The position numbers were made by a program, and so were the translations under genes. From Eubacteriales bacterium (GTDB lineage Bacteria; Bacillota; Clostridia; Oscillospirales; CAG-272), in contig JAZRUP010000179.1 in the NCBI GenBank assembly GCA_045652645.1, positions 1 to 34,078 of the forward strand: a stretch of DNA of 34,078 nt, read 5' to 3'. Positions within the stretch are counted from its first letter, which is position 1. Each line of letters opens with the position of its first letter. The notes below the pieces were generated by a model. The model worked only from the letters and a program-made list of their open reading frames with translations. It did not search any database and had not been told where the DNA came from. Below, in pieces: positions 8,100 to 16,074 of this stretch.

Positions 8100-9584
8100 T
8101 TATTTGTGATATAATTTTTTAGTTTGATATTGCGGTTCGCATGTAAGATTTACGCCGAGTTTGCTGAAAACTCCGCTGTCCACCTGCGAAAGAATTACTG
8201 TTGAATGAGCCTCACAGCCTTTTAGCTTAGGGAGTTGCTCGAGCGCAAGCTTTGCTCTTTCGTCTGTCAGCGCACAGATTGAAAGCGCGATAAGGATCTC
8301 GTCCGTGTGCAAACGGGGATTGTGATTGCCCATATTGTTAACTTTAAGTTTTTGAATAGGTTCAATTATTGACGGGGAAATAAGATCGTATTTATCATCT
8401 ATATTTCCTAGTACCTTGAGTACGTTAAGGAGTGCCGCGGCTGAAGCGCCGAGAAGATTTGACGTCTTTCCCTCAACGATACGACCGTCATTTGTTTCAA
8501 TAGCGAGAGAAGGAGTTCCCGAATCTTTAGCTTTTTTAAGAGCAGCCTTAACCACGGGGCGTATTTCGGGAGAGATCTCAAGGGAGTTCATAAGAAGTTC
8601 AAGCTTCATTATCTCCGATTGCTCACTCATACCTTTTCTTACAGCACATAGCGCAGAATAATAGCGTCTTACTATCTCCTGCTTTGACGCGTCGCATACT
8701 GCGTCATTATCTGTTATGCAGTATCCTGCCATATTTACGCCCATATCAGTAGGGCTCTCGTAAGGGCTCTTACCGTATATCTGCGTGAACATAGCTTTAA
8801 GTACCGGAAAGATCTCTATGTCACGGTTGTAATTAACCGCCGTTTCGTTATAAGCCGCTAAATGATAAGGATCTATCATATTAAGGTCGTTAAGATCGGC
8901 GGTTGCTGCCTCATACGCAAGATTTACAGGGTGCTTTAACGGAAGGTTCCATACGGGGAAGGTCTCAAATTTTGCATACCCAGCATTGACGCCTCTTTGA
9001 TGCTCGTGGTAAAGCTGGGATAGGCATATCTCCATTTTTCCGCTTCCTGGCCCCGGCGCGGTTACGACTACAAGAGAACGCGTTGTTTCTATATATTGAT
9101 TTTTTCCAAACCCGTCCTCACTGATTATTTTAGCAACATTTGAAGGATAATCCGCGATGGGGTAATGACGGAAGACCTTTATGCCGAGCGCTTTAAGCTT
9201 TTTTTCAAAAAGCTTTGCGGCGGGCTGTCCCGAAAACATTGTAACCACAACGCTTCCGACATAAAGACCGATCTCTCGGAAAGCGTCGATAAGACGCATT
9301 ACCTCTTGATCGTAGGTAATGCCTGAATCTCCACGACGCTTGTTCTGCTCAATGGCGTTTGCAGAGATCGCAATGATTATTTCAGCGTCATCTTTCATCT
9401 CAAACAGCATTTTGACTTTGCTATCCGGTTGAAATCCCGGAAGAACTCTAGCCGCGTGGAAATCGTCAAAAAGCTTTCCTCCGAATTCAAGATAAAGCTT
9501 TCCGCCTATAGAGTTGATTCGGTCTCTGATGTTCTGAGTCTGAAGTTTTATATACTTATCGTTGTCAAAGCCGATTTTTAACAT
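8100..9584 (-). CDS. UPF0371/DUF1846-family protein of unknown function
   Basis: 494 aa. The N-terminus (GFDNDKYIKLQTQNIRDRI...GKLYLEFGGKLFDDFHAARVLPGFQPDSK) matches my memory of the conserved UPF0371 opening. It is 17 nt downstream of the CofE-like gene and 2 nt upstream of radC. Confidence 0.8.
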   Translation of the reverse strand: MLKIGFDNDKYIKLQTQNIRDRINSIGGKLYLEFGGKLFDDFHAARVLPGFQPDSKVKMLFEMKDDAEIIIAISANAIEQNKRRGDSGITYDQEVMRLIDAFREIGLYVGSVVVTMFSGQPAAKLFEKKLKALGIKVFRHYPIADYPSNVAKIISEDGFGKNQYIETTRSLVVVTAPGPGSGKMEICLSQLYHEHQRGVNAGYAKFETFPVWNLPLKHPVNLAYEAATADLNDLNMIDPYHLAAYNETAVNYNRDIEIFPVLKAMFTQIYGKSPYESPTDMGVNMAGYCITDNDAVCDASKQEIVRRYYSALCAVRKGMSEQSEIMKLELLMNSLEISPEIRPVVKAALKKAKDSGTPSLAIETNDGRIVEGKTSNLLGASAAALLNVLKVLGNIDDKYDLISPSIIEPIQKLKVNNMGNHNPRLHTDEILIALSICALTDERAKLALEQLPKLKGCEAHSTVILSQVDSGVFSKLGVNLTCEPQYQTKKLYHK

Positions 9585-9601
9585 GATAAATTTCTTTCTT
9601 G

Positions 9602-10792
9602 TCAGTTTGTATAATTGTCAAAATATCCTTGGATCCAAACGATGGGAGTACCCTTATCTCCGGAGCCAGAGGTGAGGTCGCAAAGAGAACCGATAAGGTC
9701 TGTAAGACGTCTTGGAGTCGTTCCTTGAGACACCATCTGACCTACAAGGTCTGAATCCTTGTTGCGGATATAGTTTGAAATAGCTGCCTTCAGCTCGTCG
9801 CCCTTAAGATCCGCGAAATCGTTGTCTGCGAGGTATTTGAGCTTGACTTCGTTAGGCTGACCGACAAGTCCCGAAGTGAAAGCGGGGGATACGACCGGGT
9901 CAGCAAGCTCCCATATTTTTCCGACGGGATCCTTAAACGCGCCGTCACCGTAGATCATAACCTCAACATGTTTACCTGTAGCGTCCGCAATTATTTTCTG
10001 GATCTCATCTACAACGGGCTGACCGTCGCGAGGGAAAAGCTTTACCGTATCCTCTGTTGCCTTGTTGCTTCCGAGAAGTCCGTAATTTTCGTTGTAACCG
10101 CTTCCGTCAACAGATTCTGTGAGTATCTCGTCGATTCCATAAACGGTTTCCGCGCCTGCTGCCTTAAGAAGACGTTTTGTGCGAGCACGGGTATGAATAT
10201 CGCAGTTGAGGACATTCTTCGTGTATTTAAGGATCGTGCGGCAGTCATTTGCGAGAATCACCTCAGCATCGCATCCGCAGTCGATTATGAGCTGCTTATA
10301 ATAGTCGATATAGTCAACACCCGTGAACGTATGCTTGATATAGCCGAATTTTTCTCTCCAATCAGCCTCTGTGAGCACATCTGTCCAAGGGTTTACCCCT
10401 GCTGCGTCAAGAAGATCGAGGTCAACAAGGTGGTTTCCTACTTCGTCCGAGGGGTAGCTGAGCATAATGTATATTTTCTTTGCGCCCATAGCGATTCCCT
10501 TAAGGCAAATGGAAAAACGGTTGCGGCTGAGGATCGGGAAAATTACTCCGATCTCTCCCGAGGGGAATTTTGATCTGATATCCGATGCGATCTGCTCGGT
10601 TGTTGCGTAGTTACCCTGAGCGCGGGCAACGACAGCTTCGGTCACAGCGACGACATCACGGTCTCTGATCTCAATGTTTTCCGATTTTGCGGCATCGAGC
10701 ACGCTTTCGGCAACAATTTTCGCGATGTTGTCCCCGCTGCGGATTATGGGGGCACGCACACCCCTTGAAACGGTTCCGATAAGTCTTTCCAT
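9602..10792 (-). CDS. CofE-like (F420-0:gamma-glutamyl ligase superfamily) protein, extended form
   Basis: 396 aa. The N-terminal block (SRGVRAPIIRSGDNIAKIV...RDRDVVAVTEAVVARAQGNY) resembles the CofE ligase fold signature (D-x-V-V-x-T-x-K-V-V-S-K-A-E-G type). GGAGG SD lies 6 nt before the ATG. Confidence 0.65.
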   Translation of the reverse strand: MERLIGTVSRGVRAPIIRSGDNIAKIVAESVLDAAKSENIEIRDRDVVAVTEAVVARAQGNYATTEQIASDIRSKFPSGEIGVIFPILSRNRFSICLKGIAMGAKKIYIMLSYPSDEVGNHLVDLDLLDAAGVNPWTDVLTEADWREKFGYIKHTFTGVDYIDYYKQLIIDCGCDAEVILANDCRTILKYTKNVLNCDIHTRARTKRLLKAAGAETVYGIDEILTESVDGSGYNENYGLLGSNKATEDTVKLFPRDGQPVVDEIQKIIADATGKHVEVMIYGDGAFKDPVGKIWELADPVVSPAFTSGLVGQPNEVKLKYLADNDFADLKGDELKAAISNYIRNKDSDLVGQMVSQGTTPRRLTDLIGSLCDLTSGSGDKGTPIVWIQGYFDNYTN

Positions 10793-10839
10793 AGGTTTAC
10801 CTCCAAAAATATATGAACAAAAATTATCAACACTAAAAT

Positions 10840-10868
10840 ATTATAAAACATATTTTTTCATTCGTCAA
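10840..10868 (-). promoter_or_regulatory. Sigma-A-type promoter for the CofE-like/DUF1846/radC operon
   Basis: Reverse strand reads TTGACG (10868-10863), a 17-nt spacer, then TATAAT (10845-10840). Confidence 0.5.
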
Positions 10869-10949
10869 GAGAGTTTTATATATTTTTTTGAGCTTTTTTA
10901 TAAATTATTATAATAAAACAATTTATTTAACAAAATATTTCAAAAACTG

Positions 10950-10978
10950 TTGCAAAACGGATCGAAATATTGTATAAT
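10950..10978 (+). promoter_or_regulatory. Sigma-A-type promoter for mreB-pepD
   Basis: TTGCAA (10950-10955), a 17-nt spacer, then TATAAT (10973-10978). Confidence 0.5.
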
Positions 10979-11012
10979 TTACTATGTATAACTTTGTTTA
11001 TCGGAGGACGAA

Positions 11013-12050
11013 ATGTTTAAAAAGATAAAAGGTGTGTTCAGCAGTGACATAGGCATCGATCTCGGCACAGCGACTGTTTTGGTATATGTCAAGGGAAAAG
11101 GGATCGTGCTTCGTGAGCCTTCGGTCGTAGCGATCGATCAGTCAACTGATAAAATACTTAAGGTGGGACGCGAGGCTCAGCAAATGCTTGGACGCACACC
11201 CGGAAATATAACGGCTATCCGTCCTCTTCGGGAAGGAGTTATAAGCCAATATGAAGTTACGCTTAAAATGCTTCAGTATTTTATACGCAGAGCTTGCGGA
11301 AATATGTTCTTCAAGCCGAGAGTTATGATCTGTGTTCCGACAGGAATCACTGAGGTCGAGGAAAGAGCCGTTGTTGACGCCGCGAACCAAGCGGGAGCGC
11401 GTCAGACTCATCTTATTGAAGAGCCACTCGCAGCGGCTATCGGAGCTGGTCTTGACGTATCGGGACCCACAGGTAGAATGGTGGTTGATATCGGTGGCGG
11501 AACTACGGATATAGCGGTAATATCGCTCGGAGGCATAGTTGTTTCCGAATCTATTAAGGTGGCGGGCGATAAGATGGACGAATCTATTATGCGTTACGTT
11601 CGCAGAAAATATAATATGCTTATAGGAGAACGTACTGCCGAGCGCATAAAAATTACGGTTGGCGCAGTATATTCTCACAAAACTCCCAAGACTATGAAAG
11701 TAAAGGGAAGGGATCTCTATGAGGGACTTCCAAAGGAGATCGAGATAAGCTCGACCGAGATGCTTGAGGCTCTCGTAGAGCCGATAACGGCAATTCTTGA
11801 CGGGGTCTGCTCCGTTATAGAAAAAACGCCCCCAGAGCTTGTCGGCGACATAATTCAGAACGGTATTGTAATGACGGGCGGCGGAAGCCTTATATATGGC
11901 TTCGATAAGCTTATAACCGAGGTTACAAATATTAAGACCCGCGTGGCGGAAGATCCGATTTCCTGCGTAGCAATCGGAACCGGTGAATCGCTTGAGCATC
12001 TTTCCTCGATTCCAGAGGGCGCGGTGAATTTTTCAAAATACCATAATTGA
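11013..12050 (+). CDS. mreB: Rod-shape-determining actin homologue MreB/Mbl
   Basis: 345 aa. Actin-fold phosphate motifs (GIDLGTATVLVY, VVDIGGGTTDIAVISLGG, GIVMTGGGSL) and the canonical MreB N-terminus. GGAGG SD lies 5 nt upstream. Confidence 0.95.
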   Translation: MFKKIKGVFSSDIGIDLGTATVLVYVKGKGIVLREPSVVAIDQSTDKILKVGREAQQMLGRTPGNITAIRPLREGVISQYEVTLKMLQYFIRRACGNMFFKPRVMICVPTGITEVEERAVVDAANQAGARQTHLIEEPLAAAIGAGLDVSGPTGRMVVDIGGGTTDIAVISLGGIVVSESIKVAGDKMDESIMRYVRRKYNMLIGERTAERIKITVGAVYSHKTPKTMKVKGRDLYEGLPKEIEISSTEMLEALVEPITAILDGVCSVIEKTPPELVGDIIQNGIVMTGGGSLIYGFDKLITEVTNIKTRVAEDPISCVAIGTGESLEHLSSIPEGAVNFSKYHN

Positions 12051-12071
12051 TAACTTGTTTTGGAGGTTTTG

Positions 12072-13505
12072 ATGAAATACATTATAGAAGGAAGAAAGCC
12101 AGAGCAAATATTCAGATTTTTTGAGGAGATCTCAGCTATTCCTCACGGTTCGGGAAACGAAAAGGAGATTGCGGATTATCTTGAAAAATTCGCTAAGGAA
12201 AGAGGTCTTTTCTTTATTCACGACGAAATACACAATATATTTATAAGAAAGCCCGCTACAAATGGACGAGAGAATGAGCCGCCCTTGCTGTTTCAAGCGC
12301 ATACCGATATGGTTTGTGAGAAGAACGCGGATACGATTCACGATTTCATGACAGACCCGCTTGAGCTTTATCTTGACGGTAAATATCTTCGCGCAAGGGG
12401 AACTACACTCGGCGCGGATGACGGCATAGGTGTGACTATTATGCTCGCGCTTCTTGACGGAGCCGTAGAATCTCATCCTGAGATAGAGTGCCTTTTTACG
12501 GTGTCCGAGGAAACGGGAATGGACGGTGTCAACGGGTTTGATTTTTCTGTCGTAAAATCAAGAAAAATGATAAACCTTGATTCAGAGTCTATCGATCATG
12601 CTGTTGCAGGATGCGCGGGCGGTGTCAGAAACAATCTTATAATAGATATAAAAAAAGAGCCTGTGACGGCGGGGGCGGCTCTGAAAATAGTTCTAGGCGG
12701 ACTTGCGGGTGGACATTCGGGCGAAAATATCGCGGACGGACGCGCTAACGCAAACAAGCTTATGGGGCGTGTACTTCTTGCGATTTCAAATATAGATCAT
12801 AGACTGGTTTCACTTAACGGAGGCGGAAAATCAAACGCCATCCCCAGAGAAGCAACTGCTGTGATAATAACAGAAAAACCCGACGAAGTATCGTGTTGCA
12901 TAAAAAAACTTGCCGCTGATATTGCGTTTGAGCTTTCGAGTGAAGATAAGTCCTTTTTCCTAACTTGCGAAAAGACAGAGCTCCCAAATGAGTCGTTTGA
13001 CAAGGCTACTACTGAGGTCGCTGTAAGACTTCTCGGCGTCGTTGACAACGGAGTTTTTGAGATGAGCAAGAAAACGGAAGGGTTCGTTGAGTTTTCGAGA
13101 AATCTCGGAGTTATCACGACTGACGAGGATAAGCTCACATACACTTTTTTTGCCCGTTCGGGTATCGAGGCTCAGCTTGACTCGTCAAACAAAGAGCTTG
13201 AAGCTCTCGCAAAGCTTTGCGGCGCCACAGTAGAATGTTCTGAAAGATATGGGGGCTGGGCATTTGCTCCCTCGTCACCAATCAGGGATGATTATATGGC
13301 TGCGTACAAAAAAGTCACGGGGAAAGATCTTGTCGTTATACAAATACACGCAGGTCTTGAGTGCGGCATAATAAAGGCGAAGATACCAGATATGGATATC
13401 ATTTCGGTAGGTCCCAACGCGTTCGGGATCCACTCGCCCGACGAGGCTCTGGATCTTGATTCGGTCGAGGTTCTTGCGTCTGTTATTGAGGAGATCCTTT
13501 CTTAA
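12072..13505 (+). CDS. pepD: Aminoacyl-histidine (Xaa-His) dipeptidase, peptidase M20C
   Basis: M20 metal-ligand blocks QAHTDMV, GADDGIGV and SEETGMDG, at PepD length. I prefer the ATG at 12072 (GGAGG at 12063-12067) over the TTG at 12060 used in the ORF track. Confidence 0.9.
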   Translation: MKYIIEGRKPEQIFRFFEEISAIPHGSGNEKEIADYLEKFAKERGLFFIHDEIHNIFIRKPATNGRENEPPLLFQAHTDMVCEKNADTIHDFMTDPLELYLDGKYLRARGTTLGADDGIGVTIMLALLDGAVESHPEIECLFTVSEETGMDGVNGFDFSVVKSRKMINLDSESIDHAVAGCAGGVRNNLIIDIKKEPVTAGAALKIVLGGLAGGHSGENIADGRANANKLMGRVLLAISNIDHRLVSLNGGGKSNAIPREATAVIITEKPDEVSCCIKKLAADIAFELSSEDKSFFLTCEKTELPNESFDKATTEVAVRLLGVVDNGVFEMSKKTEGFVEFSRNLGVITTDEDKLTYTFFARSGIEAQLDSSNKELEALAKLCGATVECSERYGGWAFAPSSPIRDDYMAAYKKVTGKDLVVIQIHAGLECGIIKAKIPDMDIISVGPNAFGIHSPDEALDLDSVEVLASVIEEILS

Positions 13506-13507
13506 GA

Positions 13508-14179
13508 TCACATAAATTCGTTTAACTTATATCCGTCTTTGAATACTATAAGTCGTCGTTCGGTGATCCGGGCGGCGGCTTTATTTATTGTGTTTATGTG
13601 TACTGCAAGGCAGTTGTCGGTCATTGTTGGTAAGATTGACCTTAAAGAGGAAAGATCCAGTTCGTTTGGATATGCCTTTGTTGTAAGTCTTAATATAATG
13701 TAGTTGTTTTTTGAAAGCGAAAGACGTTCGCCCAAAAGAGTTACGCATTTTCTTCCTCTGCCAAGATCGAGTTGATTCACTTTTATAAAAGGAGGATACA
13801 GGGCAACAAACGCGTGGATCAGATCATCTGATGAGCAGGGGAGATCTATCTGCCTGTGGCTGCCCTCAATATCAAGATAAAGAGATGGCGAATCCTCGGA
13901 TTTTTCAACGGCTGTGAGTATTTTCGCTTCAGGTGTTCGAAGGGCAATTGCAGAAACGCACTCTTTAGCAAGGATCTCGGAATTTTCTGGGGAATGAACG
14001 ACCGCAATATCAGCTTTTGATCTCTTTATAATATCAACGGCGTTTTCATAATTTGACGACATAAAAATATATCCAATATGATTTGCGGTATCCGAACAGA
14101 ATTTTATGAATTTTTGATCGTTTGAAATTATTATTACCATTTTTTCGTACAGTTCTTTTGATTTTTTATATTGTATCAC
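13508..14179 (-). CDS. Atypical receiver-like + OmpR/PhoB-type winged-helix DNA-binding protein (orphan)
   Basis: The C-terminus (LLGERLSLSKNNYIILRLTT...CLAVHINTINKAAARITERRLIVFKDGYKL) follows the trans_reg_C pattern. The N-terminus from MVIIISNDQ looks like a receiver beta1 strand, but the beta3 position reads IAVVH instead of ending in Asp. The start is uncertain: GTG at 14179 is the maximal ORF, while ATG at 14140 (MVIIISND) fits the domain boundary and the predicted promoter better. Confidence 0.55.
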   Translation of the reverse strand: MIQYKKSKELYEKMVIIISNDQKFIKFCSDTANHIGYIFMSSNYENAVDIIKRSKADIAVVHSPENSEILAKECVSAIALRTPEAKILTAVEKSEDSPSLYLDIEGSHRQIDLPCSSDDLIHAFVALYPPFIKVNQLDLGRGRKCVTLLGERLSLSKNNYIILRLTTKAYPNELDLSSLRSILPTMTDNCLAVHINTINKAAARITERRLIVFKDGYKLNEFM

Positions 14180-14198
14180 TTCTTTGACGACAAGTCAA
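14170..14198 (-). promoter_or_regulatory. Possible sigma-A-type promoter for the receiver-like regulator
   Basis: Reverse strand reads TTGACT (14198-14193), a 17-nt spacer, then TGaTACAAT (hexamer 14175-14170). The -10 box overlaps the GTG at 14179, which argues for the ATG at 14140 as the real start. Confidence 0.4.
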
Positions 14199-14250
14199 TT
14201 AAAATTTTCCGTTTTTTTCTAAAGATTTCGTCTTAAAAAGAACTAAACTA

Positions 14251-14279
14251 TTGACAATTTTGAAAAAATATTGTATAAT
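14251..14279 (+). promoter_or_regulatory. Sigma-A-type promoter for rny
   Basis: Consensus TTGACA (14251-14256), a 17-nt spacer, then TATAAT (14274-14279). Confidence 0.55.
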
Positions 14280-14357
14280 CTATATAATAATTCAATAAAA
14301 TGCCAAAAATATTGGCGTTTTGCTGAATACATAAATTAAAATATAAGGAGGTGCTGA

Positions 14358-15902
14358 ATGGGATATCTTATAGGTGCCATTATTGGAATCGTCGTCGGTG
14401 CCGTTATCGGAGTGTTTGTCGGTATCGTTTCTCGCAAGAAAGTAGCCGAAAAGGCAATAGGTTCTGCTGAGGTCCACGCCAAGAAGTTGGTTGAGGACGG
14501 CGAAAAGCAGGCTGAAACTCTGAAAAAAGAGGCTTTGCTTGAAGCTAAAGAGGATATACTCCGCCAACGCAATGAGGCTGACCGAGAGATCAAGGAGCGT
14601 CGCTCCGAGGTCACAAGAATGGAACGAAGACTTGCTCAAAAGGAAGAAACACTTGACAAGAAAACCGAGCAGCTTGAACGCAAGAACGAGCAGCTTGACA
14701 AGAGTATTCACGAAACAGAGCTTGAGCGCGCCGAGATAGACAAGGTCTTAAGACAACATCTTAAAACACTTGAGGAAATTTCGGGTATCAGCGTTGACGA
14801 CGCTAAAGCGCAGCTCTTTGAGCGAGTTGAGTCCGAGACCAAGTATGAGCTTGCTCAGAGAATGATCGAACTTGAAAATGAATTCAAAGAGGAAGCGGAC
14901 ACCAAAGCGAGAAATATTATTTCTCTGGCTATTCAGCGTTCTGCTGCCGATCAGGTCGTGGAATCTACTATCTCGGTTGTAAATCTTCCGAGTGAGGAAA
15001 TGAAGGGACGTATAATCGGACGAGAGGGGCGCAACATTCAGAAGCTCGAGACCCTCACGGGAGTTGAGCTTATCATTGATGATACCCCCGAGGCGATAAC
15101 TCTTTCGGGATTTGATCCCGTAAGACGCGAGATCGCAAGACTCGCTCTTGAAAAGCTTATCGCTGACGGACGCATTCATCCGGCAAGAATTGAGGAAATG
15201 GTAGACAAGGCGACACATGAAGTGGAAGCCGCTATCAAACAGGCAGGTGAGCGAGCAACCTTTGAGGTTGGCGTTCACGGTATCAATACCGAGCTTGTAA
15301 GATTACTCGGAAGGCTACGGTACAGACAGAGCTACGGTCAGAACGTGCTCAAGCATTCGGTAGAGGTCGCATTCCTTGCGGGAATAATGGCTGACGAGCT
15401 TGGACTTGACAGTACGCTCGCAAGACGCGCGGGCTTGCTTCACGACATTGGTAAAGCATTCCCACACGACGTTGAAGGCTCACACGTTGAGATCGGTGTA
15501 AACGCCGCTAAGAAATATAAGGAAAGCCGCGAGGTCGTACACGCTATCGAGGCTCATCACAATGACGTTGAACCCAAGACAATTATCGCAATTCTCGTTC
15601 AGGCGGCAGACGCTATATCCGCGGCAAGACCCGGTGCCAGACGAGAAGATCTTGAAAACTACATCAAGCGACTTGAAAAGCTTGAGGAGATCGCAGTCAG
15701 CTTTGACGGCGTTGAAAAAGCGTTCGCTATTCAGGCGGGACGTGAGCTTCGCGTAATGGTGAAGCCTGAGGACGTTAACGATGACGCGATGAAATTTATT
15801 GCACGAGACATGGCTCAGAAGATCAAGAACGAGGTCAAGTACCCCGGTCAGATCAAGATAAACGTTATCAGAGAGAGCCGTGCCGTCGATTATGCAAAAT
15901 AA
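14358..15902 (+). CDS. rny: Ribonuclease Y
   Basis: 514 aa. N-terminal TM helix ([21 protein letters not shown]), long coiled-coil, KH domain ([15 protein letters not shown]) and HD domain ([10 protein letters not shown] ... IEAHH). AAGGAGG SD lies 6 nt upstream. Confidence 0.97.
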   Translation: MGYLIGAIIGIVVGAVIGVFVGIVSRKKVAEKAIGSAEVHAKKLVEDGEKQAETLKKEALLEAKEDILRQRNEADREIKERRSEVTRMERRLAQKEETLDKKTEQLERKNEQLDKSIHETELERAEIDKVLRQHLKTLEEISGISVDDAKAQLFERVESETKYELAQRMIELENEFKEEADTKARNIISLAIQRSAADQVVESTISVVNLPSEEMKGRIIGREGRNIQKLETLTGVELIIDDTPEAITLSGFDPVRREIARLALEKLIADGRIHPARIEEMVDKATHEVEAAIKQAGERATFEVGVHGINTELVRLLGRLRYRQSYGQNVLKHSVEVAFLAGIMADELGLDSTLARRAGLLHDIGKAFPHDVEGSHVEIGVNAAKKYKESREVVHAIEAHHNDVEPKTIIAILVQAADAISAARPGARREDLENYIKRLEKLEEIAVSFDGVEKAFAIQAGRELRVMVKPEDVNDDAMKFIARDMAQKIKNEVKYPGQIKINVIRESRAVDYAK

Positions 15903-16014
15903 TCGAAGCTCGTATATTCCTAACCCGTCGTACGACGTGATGATATAGATAACATAAAATCACGATGGTATCAATTGCGGCTCTGCCGTTTAGACTATAA
16001 AGAATAGAAGAGTA

Positions 16015-16054
16015 GGGGCTGACGCAAATGCGTCAGCCCCGATTTCTGTTTGTT
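16015..16054. terminator. Bidirectional rho-independent terminator shared by rny and the helicase operon
   Basis: A perfect 11-bp GC-rich stem (ggggctgacgc 16015-16025 / gcgtcagcccc 16030-16040) around a 4-nt loop, followed by gatttctgtttgtt. The reverse strand also has a pyrimidine/U-rich tract after the stem. Confidence 0.7.
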
Positions 16055-16055
16055 G

Positions 16056-16067
16056 AGAAAGGTTTTG
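16056..16067 (+). repeat. Left copy of the 12-nt direct repeat AGAAAGGTTTTG flanking the three-gene operon
   Basis: It is identical to 21438-21449. It sits between the terminator hairpin and the helicase stop codon (16075). Confidence 0.4.
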
Positions 16068-16074
16068 TAAAGAA

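Noticed and set aside
11142-11999. A 285-aa reverse ORF
   Set aside because: It is entirely antisense to mreB and is a typical long shadow frame in a highly expressed gene.
14292-14711. A 139-aa reverse ORF with hydrophobic segments overlapping the rny 5' end
   Set aside because: It overlaps the rny promoter, SD and coiled-coil region. The coiled-coil coding sequence is repetitive (Glu/Lys-rich), which produces open antisense frames.
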